This document shows, in pieces, positions 50,290 through 63,697 of a stretch of DNA of 64,000 nucleotides; positions within the stretch are counted from its first letter, which is position 1; each line of letters opens with the position of its first letter. Source of the stretch: Stegostoma tigrinum (Eukaryota). Location of the stretch: NCBI RefSeq assembly GCF_030684315.1, contig NC_081384.1:26760818-26824817 (forward strand). The letters run 5' to 3'. Both the position numbers and the translations under genes were made by a program. The notes below the pieces were generated by a model that saw only the letters and a list, made by a program, of their open reading frames with translations, had not been told where the DNA came from and made no database searches.

Positions 50290-50960
50290 GATTGTATAGG
50301 CTCAAATTATTTCTTTAGAAAAGAGATAGGTGAGGGAGATGTAATTGAAGTGTATAAAATTATGATGGGTCTACATAGAGATAATAGGCAGCCTTATTGA
50401 TTGAGGGGTGATAGCCAGGGGCCAAAGGCTTAGGCTAAGAGGCAGGAACATTACAAGAGATTTGACGGGAATTCTTTTCATCCAGAGATAATGGGCTCTG
50501 GAACCCAATGCCTGAAAAGGTAGCGAGAGGCTGAAAAACATCATAACATCACAATTTCAAGATTGTCAGCATGGGAGCTAGAAGTGAGGTGAGGAGAAAC
50601 TTCTTTACTCAGGGAGTTATAAGGATTTGGAATGCGCTGCCAGGGAGAGTGGTGGAGGCAGTTTGCATAGGCGATTTCACATGAAAGCTAGATATCTATT
50701 TGAAAGTGATAAATTTAGAAGGCTACAAAGATAGGGCTGGAGCTGGTACAGACATAATGACTCAAGTGGACTCCTTCTATACTATAAAATTTGCTGACTC
50801 TATTTTAAAATTACTTGGACATGTTATTGAAGTGCTTTTCTCTACAGGAAAATAGCTAGAAAGTGGGAATAGGGAGGATGGCCATCTGTCGGTTAGTCTC
50901 TCATGACTTGATGGACCGATTGGCCTCTTTTGTGCTGCAAACCTCAATGCTCCAATGATT
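50290..50960 (+). mobile_element. Nested old CR1 3' fragments
   Basis: RGDVIEVYKIM and NFFTQGVIRIWNALP motifs; two different 3' tails. Confidence 0.65.
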
Positions 50961-51487
50961 TCTCATTATTTTGCTTCTTCCATATTTTCAATTCTTCACT
51001 TGATTTCCTTTGGAATCACCAGTCATGGCATAAAAGGGGTAAATTGAGGCTACTTACCCCTGATCTTGTGTTGATTTTTCATGACCATATAAGCAGCAAT
51101 TGAAAACTGTTCATTCAGAGTCTATTTTTCTAAATTGTACTTGTCTGCAATGCCCTCAAACCCCAACCTCTCAGTCTTACTGTTTAGATCCCCACTATAA
51201 ACTATAAAGTGTTGAGAGACAGTTTGTTGTCTCCTCCCTGATTCAGATCTGTTCATTAGTACAACATGCTCTGCCTGGTGCTCAGTCCGAGGGCTCGTAA
51301 AAGTGAGGGGAAGTTGAGTTCAAACATGTATCATATTTTTAGTTCAAGTTTGTCCTGCCCACTAGGGAACAGGCCACTTTACATTAAAGTATACAATCAC
51401 TCCATATGGTATCTCAACCATCCATTCTTTGTGAAATCATTCTAAAGCACTACAGATCATCTCTCTCACTCTTCCTCTCCCAAACCC

Positions 51488-51492
<5 letters not shown>

Positions 51493-51554
<62 letters not shown>
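51493..51554. repeat. (CA)31 microsatellite
   Basis: Perfect run seen directly. Confidence 0.98.
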
Positions 51555-51557
<3 letters not shown>

Positions 51558-52977
51558 CGGAGGAAGGGAGTTCACCGTCAAAGTTCAAATCCAGTCACTT
51601 CAAGCAAGTCAAATATTCAGGAAAACTCTGTCAACATTTTGGTCTCTGCAAACAAGAAATCATCTTGATTTAAACTGTGTGCAATATAGACAGTATATTA
51701 TTCTATCTCAGGGAGTTAAGGGATTATCATTAAAAGTCTCACAATCATCAATACTGAGTGTTTATAGACAAGGGTAATGTAGCTGTAAGTACTTACATCT
51801 GTATTTGTCTCAACATTGTACTTATTAAATCAACCTAACCATTTTATAGGCATCCCTTGACAGAAAGCTCTTCAATATTGTCCAGGCTTTAATCCTGAAG
51901 ATCCAACACAGATACATCTAAGTATATCAGGCAGGGGCACCCTGCAGAGTGCATTTGCAAACCTATAATAAGTCTTTCTTTGCTTTTATGTTTCATGTGT
52001 CAAAGGGGAGCTATGGCCTTTGCAACTTTATTGTAGAATTGAGCAATGGCCTTGCTGGAAAAATTTACTATTACTACGGATGGTGCAGTTTCACCTGTTT
52101 TTAGCAACAGTTATGTGGTTTGGCCACAATTTGTCAACTTTCTTTCAAGTCTGTCTCCAACTCTGCTAAATTAAAGTATTCTAATATCACTGGAATCTTG
52201 AGATTGGATACTGAGATGTCTTATCACAAAACTTACGCAAATCTAACATCAATGAAAAATGTGCAAGAGTCAAACTGACCCACAATGTTAGTTACATATT
52301 AAGCGTGGAAAGAAAACTGGACACAGTGATTGCATTTGGCTTTATTTTACACATTTTGCTCTGGGCTATTGATTAAAATCTGTCGAAACAGTCCTTGAAG
52401 ATGATCCCCTTCCTCTCATAAGGTGACTAAGTCCCAGATGTTTGACGGAGAACATATTAATGCTGGCCCTGTGGAAATTCTGGAGTTGTGCTGTTGTCTG
52501 TATGGAATGACTTCTATAAAATTCAAGAAGAGTCACATTATATCGAGCATTATCATATCCATGATCATATGTCATTTAGGTTTTGCAATTTTGTGAACTC
52601 TCATGATCTGAATGCTGAGATTGAGTTCTTACTGAGAACAATATCAGAAAATTACTTAGCAATTATAGGCTGAATCCTTTTTGGCTAAGTCCAAACTTTT
52701 TGTGGGGGGATTCTTGATGCGAGGCCCCATGGGTTTTTTTTTGCCATGTCTACTCAAAGTTAGAGCAGAGACTACCTACTCGGACTCTATCGCATCTGTC
52801 ACATTTGATTCTGAACCAATCTTACCATGCGCTGTTCCAATAACAACTCGACACTCAGCAGAAATCCACTGAAAGACCTGCATCTGTAGCTGCCATGCCA
52901 TCTTTAAAAGCCCGTTGTACAACCAGCTGGGCACTAGCATTCTGAAGCTGCCCTTCGCAGTCAAAGACATTTGGCAT

Positions 52978-54350
52978 ATGATATCAGAGAAGAGAATGAT
53001 GGCACCACAATTCCCCGACAGGAACCTGGAGTTCCTAGTCAAGGGGATGGCGTAAAGCGGAAGAGTTCTCTTCCTGACCATTGGCAGAGAAGGCCACACA
53101 CCTAGACTGGTCTGAGAGCACTACCCAGGTCAGTAACACCTTCCTGCTCAGCAGAAAAGCGTTGCTATAAGAAGGTCAATGCTTTTCTTCACTCTGCCAG
53201 CATAAATTCTACACTGAAAGGGGAGGTGATGGTCTAGTGTGGTACCATCACTGGGCTGTTAATCCAGAGACCCAGGAATGTTTTGGGGACTTGGGTTCGA
53301 ATCCCACCACAGCAATTAGTAGAATTTGAATTCAGTAAAAAACACTCTGGAATCAAGAGTTGACTGATGACCATGAATCCATTGTTGTTTGTCAGGAAAA
53401 CCCATTTGATTCATTAATGTTCTCAGTGAAGGAAGCTTAAGTGGCCTACATGTGGCTCTAGACAAACAGCAATATAATAGACTGTTTACTGCCTTCTGGA
53501 CAATAAGGGATGGGAAGTAAATACTGGCCTGGTCAACAATGCCCTTATCCTGTGAATGTACAAAAAAACCCTGCTCTCTCTGCTACTTCACACTCACTCT
53601 ATTGCTGCTACTGTACCCACCTTATCATTGGTTTATTCTTTGCCACTCTTGCTTTTGCTATCACTATCTTGATCTCTGAGGGTGCGGGTAGCAAGACATC
53701 AGAGGGACATTGGTAAGGCAGCCTCCTGAACCTTCCCGCCAGCTCAGAAAACCCACTAATGTTAAGTTTAGAAAGTGTGGAAACCCAATCTAGTGAACAC
53801 CTCAGGACACTGCTCCATGGTTGGCCATTGGCACTTGGAGGATTGCCAGAGACTGGGCACCAGCTCAGCCCCAGGCAGGAGCGGAGCCCATAGTGCCAAC
53901 AGTCAGGGAATTTGCTTACATATGCAGGGAGCAACAGCAGCAGCAGTCAGGGATATGAGATGCAAAGGCTTTTCTTGCCCAGGAGCTGCAACAGTTCAGT
54001 GAATCCTGTAGCCATCTGGCTGCTTCCATAGACATGTCGTTGGCTACCCTGGAAATCCAGGTCTTGTACCCTCAGGGTCTGCTGAACAGCTGCACTTTCC
54101 TGCAACCCATTGGCTCAGCCATTGGTCCTCGGACCAGAAGATATAGCACCGGGGATGAGAAACCTGGTATAAAATCCAAGTGGCCCTTGTTCACGAGGAA
54201 ACAGGCTGCTATCAGAAGATATACAGCAGGAGGATGAACCTCACAAAAGTCCCTCAGAAGTCTCCACTCAGGACATCCCAGAAGTGGCCTGACCCTTCAC
54301 CTCTACCCTGCCAACATTCCTCTATCTCTTGGAAGTTCATGCTCCAATGT
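52978..54350 (+). pseudogene. Myb/SANT-like gene relic (PIF/Harbinger accessory ORF), interrupted by a SINE
   Basis: MAPQFPDRNLEFLVKGM* / RVLF / PDHWQRRP / WSESTTQVS...SRK / CYKKVNAFLHSA at 52978-53201. The downstream extent is approximate. Confidence 0.6.
53220..53568 (+). mobile_element. tRNA-derived SINE with LINE-type tail (distinct from HE1 and Deu types)
   Basis: A-box-like GATGGTCTAGTG, B box GGTTCGAATCC, tail GGGATGGGAAGTAAATACTGGCC...TGAATG plus A run. Confidence 0.75.
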
Positions 54351-55676
54351 GTCTGCCCGACCAAGCATCCAGGACAACAGGCTTCACTGCGGAGCTGGCA
54401 TCATGCCGGCTGTGGAACCAGGGACTACACTACGAAAACATAACAGGGAGAGGAAGAAGAAAGCCTGTTCAAAACACTTTGGTAATATGAGTCACAATGT
54501 ACACTACATGAGTACACTATTTTGCACTTTTTTGATAAATGCCGACCCTTTCATGTTACATCTGATTGCTTCCCTCTCTGTGATAATGTGTTCATACACG
54601 AGGCTTCACATGATGGCCCATTGCTTCATTGGAAAGCAAAAGAAACAAGGCATCTGGAGGGCAATGGATACTGCTGACAACATTGACTCAGTCCTTGGGC
54701 ATCTCTATTCCTTCTTGGCCCCTGTGTCTAAAACTATTAGTACAAATAAGTTAGTCAGTGACATCTGAGGCAGGCAGGTGCAGAACAAGCAGGGGACCTA
54801 CATTTTACGCCACAACATTATCGATGTACTTTCCAGAATTTCTAATAGTTATAGGAATACTGACTAGAATACATTTCTGGCCAAACTTTATAGATGTCAT
54901 TTAATTAACTGTACGAGCAATGAAATTCTGTTCAAAAAGCTTGTATAATATGATACAAATGTAATATTTTGCAACAGCATTTGTATTTACTCATCACTGA
55001 AAAGCATTGGTATCATTTTCCAGGGATGCTCTCAATGCAATTTGCTGATGTCATTTACAGTTACAGCAGTAAATGTCTCTAACATCATCACTCACTATTT
55101 TTAAGGAGGCCTGGTTCCATAATATACCTCTATATAACTATCTTCATTCTCCAAGACTCTGTCTCAGTATACAATAAGGGTCATTTTAATCTCTGCTGCC
55201 TGTTGAAAGATACCATGAGATTGGGTGAAATGCTGATGTTATGAATCACTCAATATTATTCCCAGTGACTTTATTGGAGCATCACATGATGGAGGAGGCT
55301 GTGAAATCAGTGTTGCGTCTAATAGCATTATTTCAATTGGTGAACTAAGTTATGTATTGCACCTCTTGATAAAGCTGTTTCCAAATATCCTTTCAAATAT
55401 TTAGCCCTCAGTTGCCACTGCAAATGGGAACAGATGATCCGATCTTGACCTTTGGTGGGAGATTTCTGTGCATAATTTTGCTGCCAGATTTCTCACAACA
55501 CCATCAGATATTTATAGAAAATTGAGATAACTTTTTGACAGAGGACATTTTTGTTTTTATTTTAATCCCTAGAACCTTCAAATTTATGCTTCAATTTAAC
55601 TCTAAAAGATATAAAAATGGGGAGAGGTGCAAAATGGGTTTCCAAATCGCAAATCCACATTCTACACCATTGTTCC

Positions 55677-56090
55677 ATTGATTTGATTTGATTTGATTTG
55701 CCTTCATTCGAATATATTTATTATTGTCGCATGCACCTCAGTACAGTGAAAAGTTTTGTTTTGCATGCTGTATAGGCAGATCATACCATACAAAGACATT
55801 CAGATGATAGCATGATTGAATAGATTAAGGAAGATCAACATTAGGTTTGAAATTTGAAAGGTCCATTTAGCAGTCAAAGAACAGCGGGGAAGAAGTTGCT
55901 CTTGTACCTGTTGGTACATATGCTTAAGCTTTTGTATCTTCTGCCTGACAGAAGAGGTTGGAAGAGATTATAACCGGGGTGGGAGGGGTCTTTCATGATG
56001 TTGGCTGCCTCTCCATGGCAACGAAAAGTGTAGCTGGACCGCAACAAGAAGTGTAGATGGACAAAGTCGAGATTTATCCCAGATTGCATG
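55677..56090 (-). mobile_element. Rex1/Babar-like LINE 3' end
   Basis: IMKDPSHPGYNLFQPLLSGRRYKSL...TNRYKSNFFPAV; (ATTTG)n tail. Confidence 0.75.
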
Positions 56091-56539
56091 AAACACTTTG
56101 TTGACTATAATTATGATATCAGGTTACCATAACTGGAGAAGTTGTACTCAGAATTTCAGCTGTCAGGTTATGTCTAACCAACATTTGAACAGAGCTGCCA
56201 ATTAACCAAGAGGATATGTCTTCATACTTTTTGTCTGATCCATTTCATAATGTTTTGTAATGAATTTTAGGGGTGTATGCTTCATTCTTTGCCCAGAGCA
56301 GCAAAGGAAAATAAGGATCAGTTCAGAGAAAATAATTACAAGAAATATGACAAAGAGTCTAAGGAGCAGGGTTTAACAGGTTAAATAATTTGGGTACTGT
56401 CAAAATGATATGATGACATGTCTAATTGCTGCTTTAAGATAACACCTGCTGACTGACAAAGAAAGAAAGACTCTTTCATAATGGAATATGATTGATATAA
56501 TAGTTTGCTAGGATCACAACAAACTATTTGGAAGCCAGA

Positions 56540-57010
56540 TGTAAAACTTGCAGCTTCATAAACTCATTTAAATTTATTGTTTCCCAGGGGTCATGTTGCA
56601 GGTTCTGTTGGCAGGCAATTTGAAACTGCCAGGCCAGGCTGGATGCTGAAATAATGACCGCCTTATGAAGTTATTGATGAAATGTTATGAGCTGAATGTT
56701 TGGGGTTTGACTAAAGGAGTGTTTCACAGGAGTTCAGTGCGACTGCCTCTCAGGATTTGCAGCAAAGATCAGTGATACTCATTACTTCCATTTAAAAGTA
56801 CTGCTGCTCAGTCAGAGGAAAAGGAGATAATTGGAGTGAAAGTTCCAGTCAAGTCTGGAGAAGGTCTGTCGCACAAACAATCGTGTGATTGTTTGACTGT
56901 GCTAATGAGACAGCCCTCAACACTGTAATTCGCAGCAGTAATTAGCATGGAATTTTGAACTCATGCATCCAGTGTTGTGGTAAGGTAACTGTTCAAAGCA
57001 ATCAGTTACC
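56540..57010. promoter_or_regulatory. Candidate conserved non-coding element
   Basis: Repeat-free with TAAT/TAATTA and TGAT clusters. Conservation not tested. Confidence 0.3.
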
Positions 57011-57375
57011 AGATCTGAATGGTCTGATTCAGTAGCAGGTCAGAACCTCAGCCAGGATTTCAAGGTGCAACTGGAGGACATAACTGAGGGCATATTTAAA
57101 CCCTCGCAAAAGTAAACCAAACCAGAAGATAAAATAAGGAACAAAATGTCCTCTAGCTGGGAAGATATAAGGAAAAAGAATCAGCACATTGTATTATGGA
57201 ACAATTATCATTGTTCATTGTGACATCTTGAACCAAGATTAATGCAGTTAAAAGGAACAGGTAAAATAGTTTGTAAGAATATAGGGAGATTATGGTTATG
57301 CAGGTGTTGGCGCCCATCCAATATTGGGAATCAAGTCAGACATAAACAAAATACTTGGATCATACTGAACCATTA

Positions 57376-59873
57376 AATTTGATTTTAACCTCAACTCTAC
57401 ATTCCTGCGTACCCCGATTATCTTTCATCCCCTGGGTATTTGAGAATCTATCCATCTCTATCTTAAACATTTGCGCCCACTGTCTTTTGAGGAGGAGAAT
57501 TCCAAAAATTTGCAAGCGTTCCTCATCTCTGTTTATATGAGCACCCCCTTATTTTTAAACTGTAACTCCTAGTTCTAGATTCTTCCACAGGAGGAAGCAC
57601 CCTTTTGACATCCACGCAGTCAAGTCCCTCAGGCAAACATTGGCACATGTGTTTGTAGAATCAAGTCCTATTCTCTGTGCACAAGAAATGCCATAGCAAT
57701 GTGTCAATGTGGGGCATGAATTCCTTCCCTGATATCCCAACCAATATTTTCCTGGCTGAAATATCAGGAGGTAAAACCGTCTCCACTTGGCTAAGCTGAT
57801 ATACAAGCTGCTGGATGGTTATTGGCTCAGGGTGAGAGTCCCACCTCCATCTGGGAGGAAGCAAGCCACCAAAAGCTGCTGGCTCTCAGTAATCCGAGCA
57901 GCACCACTGGCAGCAGTGGCCAGTTATAAAATTATAGGTAGACCCCAGTGAAAATGAGTGAGGGGTCTCAAGACTTAGTTCAGTTGTAGGGTTTCACTAG
58001 ACTCAGCAGCCCTATGTGATGTGTGGATGACCAGTTTCAGGAAGATAGGAAGGGAAACATTGAGGGAGGGGATTCCTGTGGAGCGGGCATCCATTGGACA
58101 AAAGCTGCTTGAATGTATTCAACACTGAGCTAGACTTTTGATTCACAAGAGAGTCAAGAGCAGTCAGGAAAGTCCAAAAGTGAAGGTGAGGCCACTATCA
58201 TATCATCTGTAATCTTACTGAATCATACAGTGTGGAAGCAGGCCACTTGGCCCATCAAGTCCACATAAACCTTTTGAAAAGCATCCCACCCAGACCCACT
58301 CACCTCCCCCATCCCTGTAACTTTGCATTTCCCATGGCTAACCCACCTGGCCTGCACATCCCTGGACATTATGGGTAATTTAGCAGTCAATCCACCTAAG
58401 CAGCACATCTTTGGACAGTAGGAGGAAACCAGAGCACCAGGAGGAAATTGACATAGACTCTGGGGCAAATGTGCAAACTCCACACCCACAGTCAAACTCA
58501 GGTCCCTCGTGCTACGTGACAATTGTGCAAACCACTGAGCCACCGTGCTGCCCCCGAATGCTCGAGCAAGCTCAAAGGGACAAAGTGACAGCTCCTGTTT
58601 CCATTTCTTACATTCTATCTCACCTTCCTGAGCACAATCCTCCTCTCATCCCTGACTGCCTGCTAGCCTGATACTGGAGGGGCTGTAAGATTAAACCTAA
58701 TATGCGATAGACCAGTGTTTCTCAAGGATATCTGCAGCATTTGTGTAGCTAAAAAGAAGTCGTCCTCAGCAGTAAAGTAGAAAAGGCAATAACAAGTCAA
58801 ATAGGCACCAAATAATGCATATGCTACCAATTAAACACTGTGACAAGCATTCAGTCAATGACTGCTAAATTACCCATAATGTCCAGCGATGTGCAGGCCA
58901 GGTGGGTTAGCCATGGGAAATGCAAAGTTACAGGGATGGGGGAGGTGAGTGGGTCTGTGTGGGATGCTTTTCAAAAGGTTTATGTGGACTTGATGGGCCA
59001 AGTGGCCTGCTTCCACACTGTATGATTCAATAAGATTACAGATGATATGATAGTGGCCTCGCCTTCACTTTTGGACTTTCCTGACTGCTCTTGACTCTCT
59101 TGTGAATCAAAAGTCTAGCTCAGTGTTGAATACATTCAAGCAGCTTTTGTCCAATGGATGCCCGCTCCACAGGAATCCCCTCCCTCAATGTTTCCCTTCC
59201 TATCTTCCTGAAACTGGTCATCCACACATCACATAGGGCTGCTGAGTCTAGTGAAACCCTACAACTGAACTAAGTCTTGAGACCCCTCACTCATTTTCAC
59301 TGGGGTCTACCTATAATTTTATAACTGGCCACTGTTTGCCAGTGGTGCTGCTCGGATTACTGAGAGCCAGCAGCTTTTGGTGGCTTGCTTCCTCCCAGAT
59401 GGAGGTGGGACTCTCACCCTGAGCCAATAACCATCCAGCAGCTTGTATATCAGCTTAGCCAAGTGGAGACGGTTTTACCTCCTGATATTTCAGCCAGGAA
59501 AATATTGGTTGGGACATCAGGGAAGGAATTCATGCCCCACATTGACACATTGCTATGGCATTTCTTGTGCACAGAGAATAGGACTTGATTCTACAAACAC
59601 ATGTGCCAATGTTTGCCTGAGGGACTTGACTGCGTGGATGTCAAAAGGGTGCTTCCTCCTGTGGAAGAATCTAGAACTAGGAATTACAGTTTAAAAATAA
59701 GGGGGTGCTCATATAAACAGAGATGAGGAACGCTTGCAAATTTTTGGAATTCTCCTCCTCAAAAGACAGTGGGTGCAAATGTTTAAGATAGAGATGGATA
59801 GATTCTCAAATACCAAGGGGATGAAAGATAATCGGGGTATGCAGGAATGTAGAGTTGAGGTTAAAATCAGATT
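57376..59873. repeat. ~1-kb inverted duplication (57376-58389 / 58859-59873) with 469-bp spacer
   Basis: Arms are reverse complements with about a dozen differences found by eye. Mirrored ORFs 57555-57806 (-) and 59443-59694 (+). Confidence 0.97.
58222..58554 (-). mobile_element. HE1/V-SINE-like SINE (3' half duplicated at 58859-59028, plus strand)
   Basis: Head GGGGCAGCACGGTGGCTCAGTGG at 58554 on the minus strand. Confidence 0.85.
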
Positions 59874-59948
59874 GGCCATGGTCCTATCGGATGGCAGAGC
59901 AGGCTCAAAGGGCTGAATGGCCCATTCTGTTCAGTGCTTGCATGTTCA
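59620..59948 (+). mobile_element. Old CR1 3' end
   Basis: FKIEMDRF...KGMK and tail AGCAGGCTCAAAGGGCTGAATGGCC. Confidence 0.7.
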
Positions 59949-60418
59949 GATGGATCATGTGTGAAAATGCCACAGGCTGAGCCATGGTTGCCATCAAAGG
60001 GCAAGTTTAACCTTAACCTCCAGGAGAAGCTGGATGGGCCAATCAGATCACGTACCTTCCACCTCTGCACCTAGCTACGACCCTACATGCTGCCCCCACA
60101 AACTCATTGTCCAATTCCACTGCTCAAGGCAGTCAAAGTGGACTTGACATTAAATTAAACAACTTTCCTGAACAATAAATCCTATTCAATTCTGTTTTTT
60201 TAAAATGTATATGGCAAACTGTGTCACTTTCAACCCTCCTTTTGTAAAGTCTCTACTCCTATCTCTCAATGACTGCACCTCCACTGATTTAATGACCAAG
60301 ATTCTGAAAATGTAGCATTTCCTCCTTTTTCAGTGTTCCCTCCATCTGTAACTAACAGGGGATTTCATAGTGTCCATTGTACTGCATTTTTACTCCATCA
60401 TCCTAAAAAGAAAAGGGG

Positions 60419-60521
60419 CATTTCTGAAGAAGGGTCTAGGCCCAAAACATCAGCCTTCCTGCTTCTCTGATGCTGCTTGGCCTGCTGAGTTCATCCAGCT
60501 CTACACCTTGTTATCTCAGAT
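60419..60521 (+). mobile_element. Single pLTR end, family A
   Basis: CTGAAGAAGGGTCTAGGCCCAAAACATCAGC...TTGTTATCTCAGAT. Confidence 0.85.
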
Positions 60522-60925
60522 CCCTTCACCTTTATTGCTTACACCTCAATATTCAACGGTTTTGCCATTTGTGCCATTGACATCAACAAAAATGTCCTCT
60601 TCCTTCTTTACCAGTACTATTGCAGAGAGACCATTCCTTCAATGAAATCCTCGTTCACTTTTTGATCACTCTTGAACAGAGCTGTTTCTTTCCCGACAGT
60701 CTTAACTAAGCAACAGCTACCAGTTCACTTCTTCCTATGCAACACTCTGCAACTCCAGTAGCAATTCCCATGTGGGCTAGAATCAGTTGTACAAGCAGTC
60801 TTTGCCAGGATGTTTACTCAACCATTTAGCATCGCAGAGGACATAAGTCAAACTAACAATCCTGGGCGACCTGCAACCCTCGCCCCATACACATACATAC
60901 ACATATACATCCTCTAAAACATTCT

Positions 60926-61024
60926 AAGATAATAAAATGTAAGGCTGGATGAACACAGCAGGCCAAGCAGCATCTCAGGAGCACAAAAACTGTCGTTTCG
61001 GGCCTAGACCCTTCATCAGAGAGG
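60926..61024 (-). mobile_element. Single pLTR fragment, young family A subtype
   Basis: Nearly identical to 25158-25256. Confidence 0.85.
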
Positions 61025-61199
61025 CTGTCAGCTTTGAAAATCTTTACACATTCTGGCTGAAATTACTAGTTGTATGTTGATCATTCACCAATTTGATATC
61101 ACTAATTAACAGTTTAGTGGCAGATTATCTGTAATCTGTTAATTGATATATTTTGCCTTTATTTGTTGTTCACACCTTGCCTCTTTGTTTTGGCTGAAG

Positions 61200-61610
61200 G
61201 TAAAGAGTTTGCATAGCACATTTCATGACCTGAAAATGTTACAAACTGCTTCTGAATAAGCAAAGCCCTTTTGAAATGTAGTCCCTGTTATGGCAATGGA
61301 AATACAGTAGCCCATTTTCACACAACGAGCTCTCATCCACAACATTGGATTAATGACCAGGTAATCTGTTTTAGTGATGGCACTTGCTTGAGGGATGAAT
61401 ATTCGTTCTTCTTCAAACTAATTGATGGATTGGATACATCTACCAGCAAGGTAATTTGAGCTTTGTATTAATCCTGCCTCTGAAAGACAGTGTTTCTAGC
61501 AATGCGGTACCATCAGGGTACAGCATGGGGTTATGTACTCATAGCTTTGGAGTGGACTTGACTGCATGATCTTATAGCTCCGAGATAAGAATGCTACTAA
61601 CTGAGTCACA
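61200..61610 (-). mobile_element. Old Deu-domain SINE
   Basis: TTTGAAATGTAGTCCCTGTTATG tail, TTGAGGGATGAATATT core, head AGAATGCTACTAACTGAGTCAC. Confidence 0.6.
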
Positions 61611-61781
61611 GCTCCCATTGATCAGTTCTATTGACTCTGCTGAATGGCATCTTCCCAAAGGTGCAATCTTCCCACTTTTCAGGCATTGACAGTGCTGCAA
61701 ACATTCAGCAGTGTATTTCAGTGTGGCTGGGTCAAAATTCTCAAACCCCCTTTCTAATCGCATGGTGGGCCTACCTACTGC

Positions 61782-63697
61782 AGATACCGCTGGTTCGGAT
61801 GAGGCGATGGAGAGTTACAGATTAGCTAGGAAGGATTTAAAGAGAGAGTTAAGAAGAGCAGGGAGGGGACATGAGCAGACATTGGCAGGTAGAATACAGG
61901 GGAATCCTATGTGATGAATAAGAGGATGACTAGGGTAGGAATAGGGCCAGTCAAAGAGAGAAGTGGAAAGTTGTGTGTGGACCCTGTGGAGATTGGAGAG
62001 GTGCTAAATGATTATTTCTCGTCTGTTTTTACTGAGGAACAGGAGAATATTGTAGAGAAGATGACTGAGTTACGGGCTACTAGAATTAAAAGGATTAAGA
62101 TTGGTAAGGAAGAGGTGTTATTAATTCTAGAAGGTGTGAAGGTAGATAAATCCCCTGGGCCAGATGGGATTTTTCCAAGGATGGTCTGGGAAGCTAGGGA
62201 GGAGGTGGCGGAGCCTTTGGCCTTGATCTTTGAGTCCTCGTTGTCTACAGGTTTAGTAACAGAGGACTGAAGGATTGCAAATGTTGTGCCCTTGTTCAAG
62301 AAGGGCAATTGAGATGACCCAGGTAATTATAGACCTGTGAGCCTTACGTCTGTTGTAGGAAAAGTTTTGGAAAGCATTATAAGAGATAGGATTTATAATC
62401 ATCTTGCAAGCAACAATTTGATTGGAGATAGTCAGCATGGATTTGTCAAGGGCAGGTCGTGTCTCACAAACCTCATTGAGTTTTTCGAGAAGGTGACCAA
62501 GCAGGTGGATGAGGGAAGGGCAGTTGATGTGGTGTACATGGACTTCAGTAAAGCGTTTGATAAGGTTCCACATGGTAGGCTATTGGGGAAAATACAGAAG
62601 CACAGGATTGAGGGAGATTTAGCAGTTTGGATTAGAAACTGGCTTTCTGTAAGAAGGCAACGAGTGGTGGTTGATGGAAAATATTCAGCCTGGAGTCCAG
62701 TTACTAGTGGTATGCCTCAAGGATCTGTTTTGGGACCACTGTCGTTTGTCATTTTTATAAATGACTTGGACGCAGGCATAGTTGGATGGGTTAGTAAGTT
62801 TGTAGATGACACTAAAGTCAGTGGAGTGGTGGACATTGTGGGAGAATGTTGCAGGTTGCAGGGACACTTGGATAAACTGCAGAATTGGGCCAAAAGTTGG
62901 CAACTGGAGTTTAATACGGATAAATGTGAGGTGATTCACTTTGGGAAGAATAATAGGAAGGCAGAATACTGGGTGAATGGAAAGATTCTTGGTAGTGTAG
63001 ATGTGCAGAGGCATCTTGGTGTCCATTTACGTAGATCCCTGAAAGATGCCACCCAGGTTGATAGTGCTGTTAAGAAGGCTTATGGTGTGTTAGGGTTTAT
63101 TGGTAGAGGATTGAGTTCCCGAGCCGTGATGTCATGCTGCAACTGTACAAAATGCTAGTGCGGCCTCATTTGGAATATTGCATGCAGTTCTGGTTGCCCC
63201 ATTACAGGAAGGGTGTGAAAGCATTGGAAGAGGTGCAGAGGAGATTTACCAGGATGTTGCCTGGTCTGGAGTGCAGGCCCTATGAAGAAAGGCTGAGGGA
63301 CTTGGGTCTGTTCTCATTGGAGAGAAGGAGGCTAAGAGGGGATTCAATAGAGACATACAAGATGATCAGAGGATTAGATAGGGTGGACAGTGAGAGTAGT
63401 TTTCCGAGGGTGATGACTTCAGCTTGTACAAGGGGGCATAGCTACAAATTGAGGGATGATAGATTTAAGACAGATGTCAGAGGCAGGTTCTTTACTCAGT
63501 CAGTGGTAAGGGTGTGGAATGCCCTACCTGCCAATGTAGTTAACTCAACCACATTAGGGGTATTTAAATAGTCCTTGGATAAGCATATGGATAATGATGG
63601 GATAGTGTTGGGGGAGGGACTTAGATTAGTTCACAGGTCGGTGCAACATCGAGGGCCGAAGGGCCTGTTCTGCACTGTATTGTTCGATGTTCTATGT
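61782..63697 (+). mobile_element. 5'-truncated, fairly young CR1 LINE (ORF2 RT with stops and frameshifts)
   Basis: KSPGPDG, QHGFVKGRSCLTNL, YMDFSKAFDKVPH, PQGSVLGP, FVDDTK, RPHLEYC; tail TGTTCGATGTTCTATGT. Splits an older LINE tail. Confidence 0.95.

Noticed and set aside
51406-51777. 123-aa ORF with an HT repeat
   Set aside because: Artefact of the (CA)n microsatellite.
54349-54768. 139-aa ORF and other 60-140-aa ORFs outside repeats
   Set aside because: No recognisable domains, splice structure or codon pattern; lengths are compatible with chance when alternative starts are allowed.
57555-59694. Pairs of near-identical ORFs on opposite strands
   Set aside because: They result from the inverted duplication of decayed repeats and have no coding signature.
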